From Bacillus subtilis subsp. subtilis str. 168 (GTDB taxonomy: Bacteria > Bacillota > Bacilli > Bacillales > Bacillaceae): a stretch of DNA of 32,000 bases. Position 1 is the first letter of the stretch. The number at the start of each line of letters is the position of its first letter. Below, one piece after another: positions 17,556 to 27,209 of this stretch. The DNA lies in assembly GCF_000009045.1 (NCBI RefSeq), contig NC_000964.3, positions 1,590,001 through 1,622,000 on the forward strand. Direction: 5' to 3'. The translations under genes were made by a program, and so were the position numbers. Below the pieces are notes generated by a model. It was not told where the DNA came from, ran no database searches, and was given only the letters and a program-made list of their open reading frames with translations.

Positions 17556-18836
17556 TTGGATCAACAAATATACTCTTTGCAAAAAAAAGTGGAAGAACAT
17601 AAGGAGGAGCTTATTCAGCTTGCGAAAACGCTGATTTCTTATCAAACACCTGCTCCGCCTGCAAGAAATACAGAGGGCATTCAGTCTTGGATTGCGGGAT
17701 ATTTAAATGAATTGGGATTCTCGATCGACAAATGGGATGTGTACCCTGGAGATCCCAATGTTGTAGGGAAGCTAAAAGGAACAGATTCAGCAGATTATTA
17801 TAGCCTGATTATCAATGGCCATGTAGATGTGGCAGAGGTAAAAGAGGATGAAGAATGGAAGCACGATCCGTTTCATCCCATTGAAAAAAACGGTCTCTTA
17901 ATCGGGCGAGGCGCTTCCGATATGAAGGGCGGAATGGCTTGTGTGCTGTTTGCTGTCAAATTAATTCGTGAAGCAAGCATTGAACTTCCAGGTGATCTGA
18001 TTCTGCAATCGGTTATTGGGGAGGAAGTTGGAGAGGCCGGCACACTTGAATGCTGCAAGAGGGGCTACCACGCTGATTTTGCAATTGTCGCGGATACGAG
18101 CGATATGCATATTCAAGGCCAAGGCGGTGTCATTACAGGCTGGATCGAAATCAAAAGCAGTCAAACATTTCATGATGGAACGAGACGGAATATGATTCAT
18201 GCAGGCGGAGGAACATTCGGAGCAAGCGCAATTGAAAAAATGGCAAAAATCATTGCGGGGCTCGGTGAACTTGAGCGCCACTGGTCTATTATGAAAAGTT
18301 ATCCCGGTTTTAAACCAGGCACAAATACGATTAACCCGGCAGTTATAGAAGGCGGCAGACATGCGGCTTTTATAGCGGACGAATGCCGGCTGTGGATCAC
18401 AGTCCATTTTTATCCGAATGAAACCCATGACCAAGTGGCAGCGGAAATAGAAGATTACGTCAATCGGCTGAGTGACAGTGATATTTGGCTTAGGGAAAAC
18501 CGCCCTGTATTCAAGTGGGGAGGCTCATCTATGATAGAAGACAGGGGAGAAATTTTTCCGGCATTGGAAGTTGACCCTGGCCACCCAGGCGTCTTAGCGC
18601 TAACTGCCTCTCATCAGAAAGTGAAACGGGAGTGTCCAATTATTGACGTTTCTCAATCAGTTACAGATGGCGGATGGCTGTATGATGCCGGTATTCCATG
18701 CGTAATATACGGTCCTGGAGATCTGCACAATGCACACTCTGTGAACGAGAAGGTATCGATTGAGCAGCTAGTAGAGTATACAAAAATTATACTCGATTTT
18801 ATCATCAGCTGGTGCAGCCGGAAAAAAGAACAATGA
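17556..18836 (+). CDS. ylmB: M20-family metallohydrolase (ArgE/DapE-like); the thiamine-salvage formylaminopyrimidine deformylase in B. subtilis
   Basis: M20 motifs 'INGHVDV', 'GRGASDMKGG' and 'IGEEVGEAG'. The TTG at 17556 follows AGGAG (17541-17545). The track start at 17484 lies inside the leader terminators. It is preceded by a TPP riboswitch. Confidence 0.88.
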   Translation: MDQQIYSLQKKVEEHKEELIQLAKTLISYQTPAPPARNTEGIQSWIAGYLNELGFSIDKWDVYPGDPNVVGKLKGTDSADYYSLIINGHVDVAEVKEDEEWKHDPFHPIEKNGLLIGRGASDMKGGMACVLFAVKLIREASIELPGDLILQSVIGEEVGEAGTLECCKRGYHADFAIVADTSDMHIQGQGGVITGWIEIKSSQTFHDGTRRNMIHAGGGTFGASAIEKMAKIIAGLGELERHWSIMKSYPGFKPGTNTINPAVIEGGRHAAFIADECRLWITVHFYPNETHDQVAAEIEDYVNRLSDSDIWLRENRPVFKWGGSSMIEDRGEIFPALEVDPGHPGVLALTASHQKVKRECPIIDVSQSVTDGGWLYDAGIPCVIYGPGDLHNAHSVNEKVSIEQLVEYTKIILDFIISWCSRKKEQ

Positions 18837-18918
18837 CATGAAAATTTCTTCTTGCTGACAAGGTTCAGCCTGCCCGTTCATATACTTGAACAAAAGGACG
18901 GAAAAAGGACGTGATGGA

Positions 18919-19164
18919 ATGATCAGCATTTCAGAATTTCAGGTAAAGGATGTCGTCAATGTCTCAAACGGAAAAAAGCTGGGGAGTATTGGTGATATTG
19001 ATATCAATGTGACCACTGGAAAAATTCAGGCGATCATACTCGGAGGAAATGGGAAAGTTCTCGGATTTTTTGGAAAAGAAGAGGAATTGGTCATTCCATG
19101 GCGAAATATAGTAAAAATCGGGGAAGATGTAATCTTAGTCCGATTAAGTGAACCACATGCATAA
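18919..19164 (+). CDS. ylmC: Small PRC-barrel-like sporulation protein
   Basis: 81 aa, 'MISISEFQVKDVVNVSNGKKLGSIGDIDI...' (YlmC/YmxH family). I chose the ATG at 18919 over the track start at 18886 from my recollection of the B. subtilis protein N-terminus; SD support is only moderate. Confidence 0.8.
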   Translation: MISISEFQVKDVVNVSNGKKLGSIGDIDINVTTGKIQAIILGGNGKVLGFFGKEEELVIPWRNIVKIGEDVILVRLSEPHA

Positions 19165-19192
19165 ACCTGCTTGTCTGCCGCAGATTGGCAAA

Positions 19193-19228
19193 TGCCGGAA
19201 GTCTCGATTCTTCCGGCACATTTCATTT
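19193..19228 (+). terminator. Terminator-like hairpin after ylmC
   Basis: TGCCGGAAG (19193-19201) pairs with CTTCCGGCA (19210-19218). The tail CATTTCATTT is an interrupted U tract. Confidence 0.5.
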
Positions 19229-19326
19229 AGAAATATGCAAATCGGCGCTCAACGAATGCAGTAAGATGTGGTAAAATAAGTGGGAAATTCCGCTTTTTTA
19301 AATGTTTGTCGAAAGGTTGGATCATC

Positions 19327-20163
19327 ATGAATACATATCACCCATTCAGTCTTACCACACCCTCGACACTCATGATACAAGACTGGGCTCAAACGAATCA
19401 AAACAACAAAGAGGTCATTGCCGGATTTACGACAAAAAACGGCGGTGTCAGCCAAAAGCCTTTTGAATCGTTAAATACAGGATTGCACGTTCATGACAAA
19501 GATGCAGATGTAGTTAAAAATCGTGAATATATTGCCGATATGTTTAATACTGATTTGCAGTCTTGGGTATTCGCTGATCAGACACATGATAATCGCGTTC
19601 AGAAAGTGACGCAGAGGGATAGGGGAAAAGGCGCCCGTGAGTATCACACGGCTCTAAAAGCAACGGACGGGATCTATACAAATGAAAAAAATGTATTTTT
19701 AGCATTATGCTTTGCTGATTGTGTGCCTCTTTTCTTTTATGATCCGGTTAAGTCGCTTGTCGGAGTCGCCCATGCCGGGTGGAAAGGCACCGTCAAACAG
19801 ATTGGCAGAGAAATGGTGAAGCAATGGACTGAGAAGGAAGGTTCAAATCCCTCAGATATTTACGCTGTTATTGGCCCGTCTATCAGCGGAGCATGCTATA
19901 CGGTAGACGACCGCGTCATGGATGCTGTCCGCGCATTGCCGGTTTCAGCAGACCTTGCCGCCAATCAGACGGCAAAGGCACAATATCAGCTTGATCTGAA
20001 AGAGCTGAACCGTCTTATACTGATGGACAGCGGTTTGGCAAGTGAACAAATTTCTGTCAGCGGTTTATGCACGGAAAGCGAGCCGTCTCTTTTCTATTCT
20101 CATCGCCGCGATCAGGGGAAAACTGGACGGATGATGTCCTTTATCGGAATGAAGGAGGCATAA
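19327..20163 (+). CDS. ylmD: YfiH/DUF152-family (laccase-domain / PgeF-like) protein
   Basis: Family motifs 'DQTHD', 'CFADCVPLFF', 'GVAHAGWKGT' and 'LFYSHRRD'. The ATG at 19327 gives 278 aa. Confidence 0.85.
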   Translation: MNTYHPFSLTTPSTLMIQDWAQTNQNNKEVIAGFTTKNGGVSQKPFESLNTGLHVHDKDADVVKNREYIADMFNTDLQSWVFADQTHDNRVQKVTQRDRGKGAREYHTALKATDGIYTNEKNVFLALCFADCVPLFFYDPVKSLVGVAHAGWKGTVKQIGREMVKQWTEKEGSNPSDIYAVIGPSISGACYTVDDRVMDAVRALPVSADLAANQTAKAQYQLDLKELNRLILMDSGLASEQISVSGLCTESEPSLFYSHRRDQGKTGRMMSFIGMKEA

Positions 20164-20169
20164 AAGATC

Positions 20170-20862
20170 TTGCGTGTTGTTGATAATTTACGACATATAA
20201 ACGAACGAATAAACGAAGCATGTAACAGATCGGGCCGCAGCTCCGATGAAGTTACGGTTATTGCAGTCACAAAATATGTATCACCTGAAAGAGCACAGGA
20301 GGCAGTAGATGCTGGCATCACCTGCCTCGGAGAGAATCGGGATGCGGAACTGCTCCGCAAACAGGAATTGATGAAAGGGAATCCGGAATGGCATTTTATC
20401 GGCAGTCTGCAATCAAGAAAAGCAAAATCTGTCGTCAATTCGGTTTCCTATATCCATTCCCTAGACCGGCTCTCATTAGCGAAAGAAATTGAAAAACGGG
20501 CTGAAGGTACTGTACGATGCTTTGTGCAGGTCAATACCTCTCTTGAGCCTTCTAAACATGGCATGAAAAAAGAAGAAGTCATTCCATTCATACAGGAGCT
20601 TTCCGGTTTCGAACATATCCTTGTTGCCGGGCTGATGACAATGGCTCCGCTGACTGATGATCAAGATCAGATCAGAAGCTGTTTCAGGTCGCTGAGAGAA
20701 CTCCGTGACCAGGTTCAGAAGCTGAACCAGCCGAACGCTCCGTGTACTGAACTGTCGATGGGCATGTCAAATGATTTTGAAATTGCAATTGAAGAAGGAG
20801 CTACTTATATTAGAATCGGCTCATCGTTAGTCGGAAATGAAACAGGGGGTGTACAGCAATGA
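20170..20862 (+). CDS. ylmE: YggS-family pyridoxal-phosphate homeostasis protein
   Basis: TTG start. 'VIAVTKYV' (PLP-lysine context), '[10 protein letters not shown]', '[25 protein letters not shown]'. Confidence 0.9.
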
Positions 20863-21314
20863 GTATGAAAAATAAACTGAAAAACTTTTTCTCAATGGAA
20901 GATGAAGAATACGAATATGAATATATTGAGACAGAGCGGGAATCTCATGAGGAGCATGAGCAAAAAGAAAAGCCGGCTTACAACGGGAATAAACCTGCGG
21001 GCAAACAGAATGTAGTGAGCTTGCAAAGTGTTCAGAAATCCTCTAAAGTGGTGTTGAGTGAGCCGCGCGTTTATGCGGAGGCGCAGGAAATAGCCGACCA
21101 TTTGAAGAACCGGCGGGCAGTTGTCGTCAATCTTCAGCGGATACAGCATGACCAGGCGAAGCGGATTGTTGACTTTTTAAGCGGAACCGTTTATGCCATT
21201 GGCGGCGATATTCAAAGAATCGGCTCAGATATTTTCCTCTGCACGCCTGACAACGTAGATGTATCAGGCACAATTTCTGAGCTCATATCTGAAGACGAAC
21301 ATCAGAGGTGGTAA
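20859..21314 (+). CDS. sepF: Z-ring-associated cell-division protein SepF
   Basis: The ATG overlaps the ylmE stop (ATGA). It has an acidic linker and the conserved C-terminal domain '[29 protein letters not shown]...[12 protein letters not shown]'. Confidence 0.93.
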
Positions 21315-21320
21315 AGCGAG

Positions 21321-21593
21321 ATGATCCTTTATCAAGTTTTTTCGGTTTTAAGCTTATTAATCACAATATACTCATTTGCCCTGATCATATATATTTTTAT
21401 GTCATGGGTGCCGAGTACGAGGGAAACAGCAGTCGGGCGTTTTTTGGCTTCGATTTGTGAACCATATCTCGAACCATTCAGAAAAATCATCCCTCCGATT
21501 GCAATGCTGGATATTTCACCAATCGTAGCAATACTTGTGCTTCGGTTTGCGACAACCGGCTTGTGGGGACTTTATCGCATGATTGCGTTTTAA
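21321..21593 (+). CDS. ylmG: YGGT-family small membrane protein
   Basis: 90 aa with two hydrophobic helices and '[24 protein letters not shown]', typical of YGGT/Ycf19 proteins. Confidence 0.88.
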
Positions 21594-21607
21594 TGTGACA
21601 GTTTGAT

Positions 21608-21635
21608 AGGGGCTTGGCAGCAGCCAAGCCTCTTT
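21608..21635 (+). other. GC-rich hairpin between ylmG and ylmH (possible attenuating terminator or processing site)
   Basis: GGCTTGGC (21611-21618) pairs with GCCAAGCC (21623-21630) across the loop AGCA, followed by TCTTT. Confidence 0.35.
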
Positions 21636-21653
21636 ACATAGAAGGGAAAGACG

Positions 21654-22427
21654 ATGAGCGATATATATCAGCACTTCAGAAAAGACGAGCGGGCCTTTAT
21701 TGATCAAGCGCTCGAATGGAAAAGAATTGTCCAGGAGCAGTACCGGATGAAGCTGACCGACTTTTTAGATCCCCGAGAGCAGGTCATCCTCTCTGCTGTT
21801 ACGGGACAGGCAGATGTCGGGCTTGCCTTTTCCGGCGGCTATGACAGAGCGGAGCGGAAACGGGCGATTCTGTTTCCAGAGTACATTACTCCGGAAGAAT
21901 CAGATTTTGAACTGCAGGCGTTTAACGTCCGTTATGCTGACAAGTTTGTCTCAGTAGATCATCGTTCTCTGCTTGGTGCATTAATGGGCATAGGATTAAA
22001 GCGGCAAAAATTCGGTGACATCGTGTTTTCTGAGACAGCAGTGCAATTGATTGTCTCAGCCGATACCGCTGATTTTGTGGCTGCACAGCTGACCCAAGCA
22101 GGCAAAGCGGCGGTCAGCCTAGAGAAAATCGACTTGTCAGACCTTAACATTCCAGCAGTTGATGTCGAAATAAGAGATGACACGGTTTCTTCTTTAAGGC
22201 TTGACGCCGTCTGCGCCTCTATGAGCAGGCAATCCCGCCAGAAATCACAGACGCTTGTGAAAAACGGCCTTGTGAAAGTGAACTGGAAGGTGGTTGAAGA
22301 TCCTTCATACATAGTCGCGGAAGGGGACATGCTGTCTATCAGAGGTTTTGGCCGGTGCAGCTTAACAAAAATCGAAGGAAAAACCAAAAAAGACAAATGG
22401 AGAGTTACGTTTGAACGACAAAAATAG
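21654..22427 (+). CDS. ylmH: S4-domain RNA-binding protein of the division cluster
   Basis: C-terminal S4-like motif 'LRLDAVCASMSRQSRQKSQTLVKNGLVKVNWKVVEDPSYIVAEGDMLSIRGFG'. SD GAAGGGAAAG lies upstream. Confidence 0.88.
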   Translation: MSDIYQHFRKDERAFIDQALEWKRIVQEQYRMKLTDFLDPREQVILSAVTGQADVGLAFSGGYDRAERKRAILFPEYITPEESDFELQAFNVRYADKFVSVDHRSLLGALMGIGLKRQKFGDIVFSETAVQLIVSADTADFVAAQLTQAGKAAVSLEKIDLSDLNIPAVDVEIRDDTVSSLRLDAVCASMSRQSRQKSQTLVKNGLVKVNWKVVEDPSYIVAEGDMLSIRGFGRCSLTKIEGKTKKDKWRVTFERQK

Positions 22428-22520
22428 TCGGTTTTTCAGTTTTTTTCTCCATCTGTGCGAAATTTGTTTTATAATGTGAACTAGATAACCGTACTGAAAT
22501 GTAAAAATGGAGGTGGCATC

Positions 22521-23015
22521 ATGCCATTAACGCCAAATGATATTCACAACAAGACGTTTACAAAAAGTTTTCGCGGATATGATGAAGATGAAGTAAATGA
22601 ATTCCTAGCCCAAGTCAGAAAAGATTACGAAATTGTTCTCCGCAAGAAAACTGAGCTTGAAGCGAAAGTCAATGAGCTTGATGAAAGAATCGGACACTTT
22701 GCCAATATTGAGGAGACATTGAATAAATCAATTTTAGTTGCTCAAGAAGCGGCTGAAGACGTAAAACGCAATTCTCAAAAAGAAGCAAAGCTGATCGTTC
22801 GGGAAGCGGAGAAAAACGCTGATCGCATTATCAACGAATCGTTATCAAAATCAAGAAAAATTGCAATGGAAATTGAAGAGCTGAAAAAACAGTCTAAAGT
22901 GTTCAGAACACGTTTCCAAATGCTGATTGAAGCTCAGCTTGATCTTCTGAAAAATGACGATTGGGATCATCTCCTTGAGTATGAAGTCGACGCTGTATTT
23001 GAGGAAAAGGAATAA
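22521..23015 (+). CDS. divIVA: Septum/pole-determining coiled-coil protein DivIVA
   Basis: N-terminal lipid-binding domain 'MPLTPNDIHNKTFTKSFRGYDEDEVNEFL' followed by coiled coil. SD GGAGGTG lies upstream. Confidence 0.97.
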   Translation: MPLTPNDIHNKTFTKSFRGYDEDEVNEFLAQVRKDYEIVLRKKTELEAKVNELDERIGHFANIEETLNKSILVAQEAAEDVKRNSQKEAKLIVREAEKNADRIINESLSKSRKIAMEIEELKKQSKVFRTRFQMLIEAQLDLLKNDDWDHLLEYEVDAVFEEKE

Positions 23016-23029
23016 ATTCTCTGATTATC

Positions 23030-23059
23030 TTGACATTTTCTTAGCTTGTCGAATATAAT
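23030..23059 (+). promoter_or_regulatory. SigA promoter of ileS
   Basis: TTGACA (23030-23035), an 18-nt spacer, then TATAAT (23054-23059). Confidence 0.7.
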
Positions 23060-23065
23060 ACGTTC

Positions 23066-23326
23066 ATAAATTCAGATGAAAAAACGGTTGAAAGGGACAG
23101 TCATGTTTCCTTCAGGCCTTCATAGCGACCCGGAGATGGTGAGAGTCCGGGATGGCCGGAATCATGTAGATCAGCCCTTTAGTTTCCTTGCTGAACTCAC
23201 AGTAGGTTAGGACGTTCATCACGTTACGATGCTCAAGAGGAAAAAGTGTATGCTTGCTTTTTCTAAAAGGGTGGTACCGCGAGATAAGCTTTCTCGTCCC
23301 TTATGGGATGAGAGGGCTTTTTTTAT
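23066..23326 (+). promoter_or_regulatory. T-box leader (tRNA-Ile-sensing riboswitch) of ileS, including its terminator
   Basis: The T-box sequence AAAAGGGTGGTACCGCG is at 23265-23281. The terminator arm AGCTTTCTCGTCCC pairs with GGGATGAGAGGGCT (23287-23318, includes G-U pairs), followed by a T run. A stem-I distal motif GGAGATGGTGAGAGTCC is at 23131-23147. The tentative specifier is AUC at 23161-23163, followed by A. Confidence 0.9.
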
Positions 23327-23356
23327 TTTCTGAAAAAATGCAGTGGAGGAATGAAA

Positions 23357-26122
23357 ATGGATTTTAAAGACACGCTCTTAATGCCGAAAACAGATTTCCC
23401 GATGCGTGGAAATTTGCCAAACCGTGAGCCTGACATTCAAAAAAAATGGGAGGAAGAAGATATCTACCGTCTTGTTCAGGAACGGACGAAAGACCGCCCG
23501 AAATTTGTTTTACATGACGGACCTCCGTATGCAAACGGCGACATCCATATGGGCCATGCACTTAACAAGATTTTGAAAGACTTCATTGTCCGCTATAAAT
23601 CAATGAGCGGCTACAACGCACCGTATGTGCCGGGCTGGGATACACACGGATTGCCAATTGAAACAGCTCTGACAAAAAACAAAAAGGTCAACCGCAAAGA
23701 AATGTCAGTAGCGGAATTCCGCAAACTATGCGAAGAGTACGCTTGGAAGCAAATCGAGGGACAGCGTGAGCAATTCAAACGTCTTGGTGTCCGCGGTGAC
23801 TGGGAAAACCCATATGTGACATTAAAACCGGAATACGAAGCGCAGCAAATCCGCGTATTTGGTGAAATGGCAAAACGAGGCTACATTTACAAAGGCCTTA
23901 AACCGGTTAACTGGTCACCTTCAAGTGAGTCTGCTCTGGCTGAAGCCGAGATCGAATATCAAGATAAACGTTCAGCATCTATTTACGTCGCTTTTGGTGT
24001 AAAAGACGGAAAAGGCGTTCTTGAAAACGGCGAGCGCATCATCATTTGGACAACAACGCCGTGGACAATTCCGGCGAACCTCGGAATCTCAGTGCACCCT
24101 GATCTTGAGTACAGCGTGATTGCAGTAGGTGAAGACCGCTTTGTTGTAGCAAGTGCCTTAGTCGAAAATGTTGCATCGGCATGCGGATTTGATCAGTATG
24201 AAGTGACAAGAACGGTCAAAGGGAAAGACCTTGAGAACATTATCGCTGAACACCCGCTATATGGCAGAGACTCTCTCGTTATGCTTGGTGAACACGTAAC
24301 AACTGATGCCGGAACAGGCTGTGTTCATACAGCGCCTGGACATGGGGAAGATGACTTTATCATCGGCCAAAAATACGGTTTAGATGTGCTTTGCCCGGTC
24401 GATGAAAAAGGTGTAATGACAAGCGAAGCTCCTGGCTTTGAAGGCATGTTCTATGATGATGCAAACAAAGCGATCACACAGCAGCTTGATGAAAAAGGCG
24501 CACTTGTGAAGCTTGAATTCATTACTCATTCTTATCCGCATGATTGGAGAACAAAAAAACCAACCATTTTCAGAGCAACAGCGCAATGGTTTGCGTCTAT
24601 TAAAGATTTCAGATCAGACCTGCTGGATGCCATTAAAGAAACCAAATGGGTTCCTGAATGGGGCGAGCAGCGTTTGCACAACATGGTTCGGGACCGCGGA
24701 GACTGGTGTATTTCCAGACAGCGTGCGTGGGGTGTGCCGATTCCGGTATTTTACGCTGAAAACGGAGAACCGGTTATTACAGATGAAACCATTGAACATG
24801 TTTCTGAATTGTTCAGACAGCATGGATCAAACATTTGGTTTGAAAAAGAAGCAAAGGATCTTCTTCCGGAAGGCTTTACGCATCCTGGCAGCCCGAACGG
24901 CACATTTACAAAAGAACAGGATATCATGGATGTTTGGTTTGATTCAGGCTCTTCACATCAAGCAGTGCTTGAAGAACGTGATGACCTCGTTCGCCCGGCT
25001 GATCTATACCTAGAGGGATCTGACCAATATCGCGGCTGGTTTAACTCTTCTCTTTCTACAGCAGTAGCCGTAACAGGGAAAGCGCCGTATAAAGGTGTGC
25101 TCAGCCATGGGTTCGCACTGGATGGAGAAGGACGTAAGATGAGTAAATCAATCGGTAACGTTGTTGTTCCGGCTAAAGTCATGAAACAGCTTGGTGCCGA
25201 CATCTTAAGATTATGGGTATCTTCAGTGGATTATCAGGCGGACGTTCGCGTGTCTGACGCCATTCTGAAGCAGGTTGCGGAAGTATATCGTAAAATCCGC
25301 AACACGTTCCGTTTCCTTCACGGCAACCTTTTCGATTTTGATCCAAAAACAAATGCGGTGGCTGTCGAAGATCTTCGCGAAGTGGATCAGTATATGCTGA
25401 TTAAGCTGAACAAGCTGATTGATAAAGTGAAAAAAGCGTATGATGAGTACGAATTTGCGGTTGTGTATCACAGCATTCATAATTTCTGCACAATCGAATT
25501 GAGCTCATTCTACCTTGATTTTGCAAAAGATATTGTCTACATCGAGCATGCGGATCATCCGGATAGACGCAGCATGCAGACAGTATTCTACGAAACGCTT
25601 CTTGCATTAGTGAAGCTTTCAGCGCCTATCCTTCCACATACGGCAGACGAATTGTGGTCTCATTTAACATTTGTTGAAGAGCAGAGCGTTCAGTTGACCG
25701 ATATGCCGGAAACAATCACGGTTCCAAACAGTGAAGCGACTGAAGAAAAATTTGACCGCTTTATGGCTCTTCGTGATGACGTGTTAAAAGCATTAGAAAC
25801 TGCGCGAAATGAAAAAATTATCGGTAAATCTTTGGAAGCAAACCTGAAATTGTATCCAAACAAAGAAAACAAGGAGCTCTTGGCTTCCATAAAAGAAAAC
25901 CTTTCTCAGCTGTTTATTGTGTCTGAACTGACAATCAGCGAAGAAAATGAAGCGCCGAACGATGCGCAAAGCTTTGCGACGGGTAAAATCGCTGTCGAGA
26001 AAGCGGAAGGCGAAATGTGTGAGAGATCTCGTGTGATTTCAAAAGATGTAGGGGCAAATCCGAAATATCCTACACTTTCATTACGCAACGCTGAAATCGT
26101 TGAAAAATACTATCAAAAATAA
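23357..26122 (+). CDS. ileS: Isoleucine--tRNA ligase (class I, type 1)
   Basis: HIGH-type '[13 protein letters not shown]', 'KMSKS' in '[10 protein letters not shown]', and a CP1 editing-domain segment 'WTTTPWT'. The ATG at 23357 is 7 nt after GGAGG (23345-23349); the ATG at 23351 is too close to it. It is preceded by an Ile T-box leader. Confidence 0.97.
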   Translation: MDFKDTLLMPKTDFPMRGNLPNREPDIQKKWEEEDIYRLVQERTKDRPKFVLHDGPPYANGDIHMGHALNKILKDFIVRYKSMSGYNAPYVPGWDTHGLPIETALTKNKKVNRKEMSVAEFRKLCEEYAWKQIEGQREQFKRLGVRGDWENPYVTLKPEYEAQQIRVFGEMAKRGYIYKGLKPVNWSPSSESALAEAEIEYQDKRSASIYVAFGVKDGKGVLENGERIIIWTTTPWTIPANLGISVHPDLEYSVIAVGEDRFVVASALVENVASACGFDQYEVTRTVKGKDLENIIAEHPLYGRDSLVMLGEHVTTDAGTGCVHTAPGHGEDDFIIGQKYGLDVLCPVDEKGVMTSEAPGFEGMFYDDANKAITQQLDEKGALVKLEFITHSYPHDWRTKKPTIFRATAQWFASIKDFRSDLLDAIKETKWVPEWGEQRLHNMVRDRGDWCISRQRAWGVPIPVFYAENGEPVITDETIEHVSELFRQHGSNIWFEKEAKDLLPEGFTHPGSPNGTFTKEQDIMDVWFDSGSSHQAVLEERDDLVRPADLYLEGSDQYRGWFNSSLSTAVAVTGKAPYKGVLSHGFALDGEGRKMSKSIGNVVVPAKVMKQLGADILRLWVSSVDYQADVRVSDAILKQVAEVYRKIRNTFRFLHGNLFDFDPKTNAVAVEDLREVDQYMLIKLNKLIDKVKKAYDEYEFAVVYHSIHNFCTIELSSFYLDFAKDIVYIEHADHPDRRSMQTVFYETLLALVKLSAPILPHTADELWSHLTFVEEQSVQLTDMPETITVPNSEATEEKFDRFMALRDDVLKALETARNEKIIGKSLEANLKLYPNKENKELLASIKENLSQLFIVSELTISEENEAPNDAQSFATGKIAVEKAEGEMCERSRVISKDVGANPKYPTLSLRNAEIVEKYYQK

Positions 26123-26126
26123 TGCA

Positions 26127-26159
26127 AAAGAGCCCGGCGTAAAAGCCGGGCTTTTTTTG
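26127..26159 (+). terminator. Intrinsic terminator after ileS
   Basis: AAAAGAGCCCGGC pairs with GCCGGGCTTTTTTT across the loop GTAAAA. Confidence 0.9.
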
Positions 26160-26266
26160 TGCCAAGAGTGACATCCTTTAGAACGAAAGGAAAAATCTTA
26201 TGGGCTTTAGATCATCATTCACAGGCAACAATAAAGATACTACGTTAAGAGCAGGAGTTGTGAAGA

Positions 26267-26641
26267 ATGAATGATCAACTGACCGCAATTTATACGGAAC
26301 TTCTTCTGATGAAAGAAGAATTACAGTCGAGATTATTTGAGTATTCTTGCTTTCAGGTTTCTACAAGCCCGCAAGCAGCAATCAATCAAAAACAAAAAGC
26401 AACTCTGATCTATCATATTAAAGAAGAACTTCAAGACGTTCTCCTTGCATTGTCCAAAATCGAAAACGGCACATTCGGATACTGTGAAGAAACTGGGGCC
26501 CCCATTCCTCTTGCAAAGCTGGCAGTGCTGCCGACGGCCCGAACAGCAAACGATTTTCTTTATTCTGTCCAATTTGAGAAAAAAACGCTTCCGATATGGA
26601 AATCAACGGATATCGAATATGGTCAGGCACTGTATGAATAA
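26267..26641 (+). CDS. ylyA: DksA/TraR-like RNA-polymerase-binding protein with a degenerate zinc finger
   Basis: 124 aa with an N-terminal helical region and a 'ENGTFGYCEETGAPIPLAKLAVLPTARTANDF' block resembling the DksA/TraR C4 finger region. SD AGGAG lies 9 nt upstream. Confidence 0.85.
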   Translation: MNDQLTAIYTELLLMKEELQSRLFEYSCFQVSTSPQAAINQKQKATLIYHIKEELQDVLLALSKIENGTFGYCEETGAPIPLAKLAVLPTARTANDFLYSVQFEKKTLPIWKSTDIEYGQALYE

Positions 26642-26674
26642 CAGTGTCTGTCCGGTTAATATGCCTGATATTTC

Positions 26675-26703
26675 TTTACTCCAGTGCTTTTTATTGATAA
26701 AAT
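26675..26703 (+). promoter_or_regulatory. Candidate SigA promoter for lspA-ylyB
   Basis: TTTACT (26675-26680), a 17-nt spacer, then TAAAAT (26698-26703). Confidence 0.35.
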
Positions 26704-26743
26704 GCATAATGGATTAAAGTAACCGTAAACTGGAGGAACGTTT

Positions 26744-27208
26744 GTGCTGTATTATATGATTGCACTACTTATTATTGCAGCCGATCAATTGACAAAATGG
26801 CTAGTTGTTAAGAACATGGAACTTGGCCAAAGCATTCCGATCATTGATCAGGTATTCTATATCACCTCCCATCGCAATACGGGTGCTGCATGGGGGATAT
26901 TAGCGGGTCAAATGTGGTTTTTCTACCTCATAACAACCGCTGTTATTATTGGTATTGTTTATTACATACAGCGTTATACAAAGGGACAAAGGCTTCTTGG
27001 CGTTGCCCTCGGACTTATGCTTGGCGGTGCCATCGGCAACTTTATCGATCGGGCTGTCAGACAGGAAGTTGTGGATTTTATCCATGTTATTATTGTCAAT
27101 TACAATTACCCGATATTTAACATCGCGGACTCTTCACTATGTGTCGGCGTAATGCTTTTATTTATACAAATGCTGTTGGACAGCGGGAAAAAGAAAAAGG
27201 AGCAATAG
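26744..27208 (+). CDS. lspA: Lipoprotein signal peptidase (signal peptidase II)
   Basis: Motifs 'NTGAAWG', '[10 protein letters not shown]' and '[11 protein letters not shown]' (catalytic Asp contexts). The GTG at 26744 is 6 nt after TGGAGGA. Confidence 0.95.
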   Translation: MLYYMIALLIIAADQLTKWLVVKNMELGQSIPIIDQVFYITSHRNTGAAWGILAGQMWFFYLITTAVIIGIVYYIQRYTKGQRLLGVALGLMLGGAIGNFIDRAVRQEVVDFIHVIIVNYNYPIFNIADSSLCVGVMLLFIQMLLDSGKKKKEQ

Positions 27209-27209
27209 C

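Noticed and set aside
18857-18886. Possible SigE-type promoter for ylmC (CATATACT at 18879-18886).
   Set aside because: No acceptable -35 element (ATA-containing heptamer) occurs at 13-15 nt spacing, so the -10-like match alone is insufficient.
24513-25013. A 166-aa + strand ORF in an alternative frame inside ileS, and a 90-aa ORF (26445-26717) overlapping ylyA out of frame.
   Set aside because: Both lie inside or across well-supported genes, have no SD, and their translated sequences are Arg/Ser/Cys-rich with no recognisable fold. They are chance open frames.
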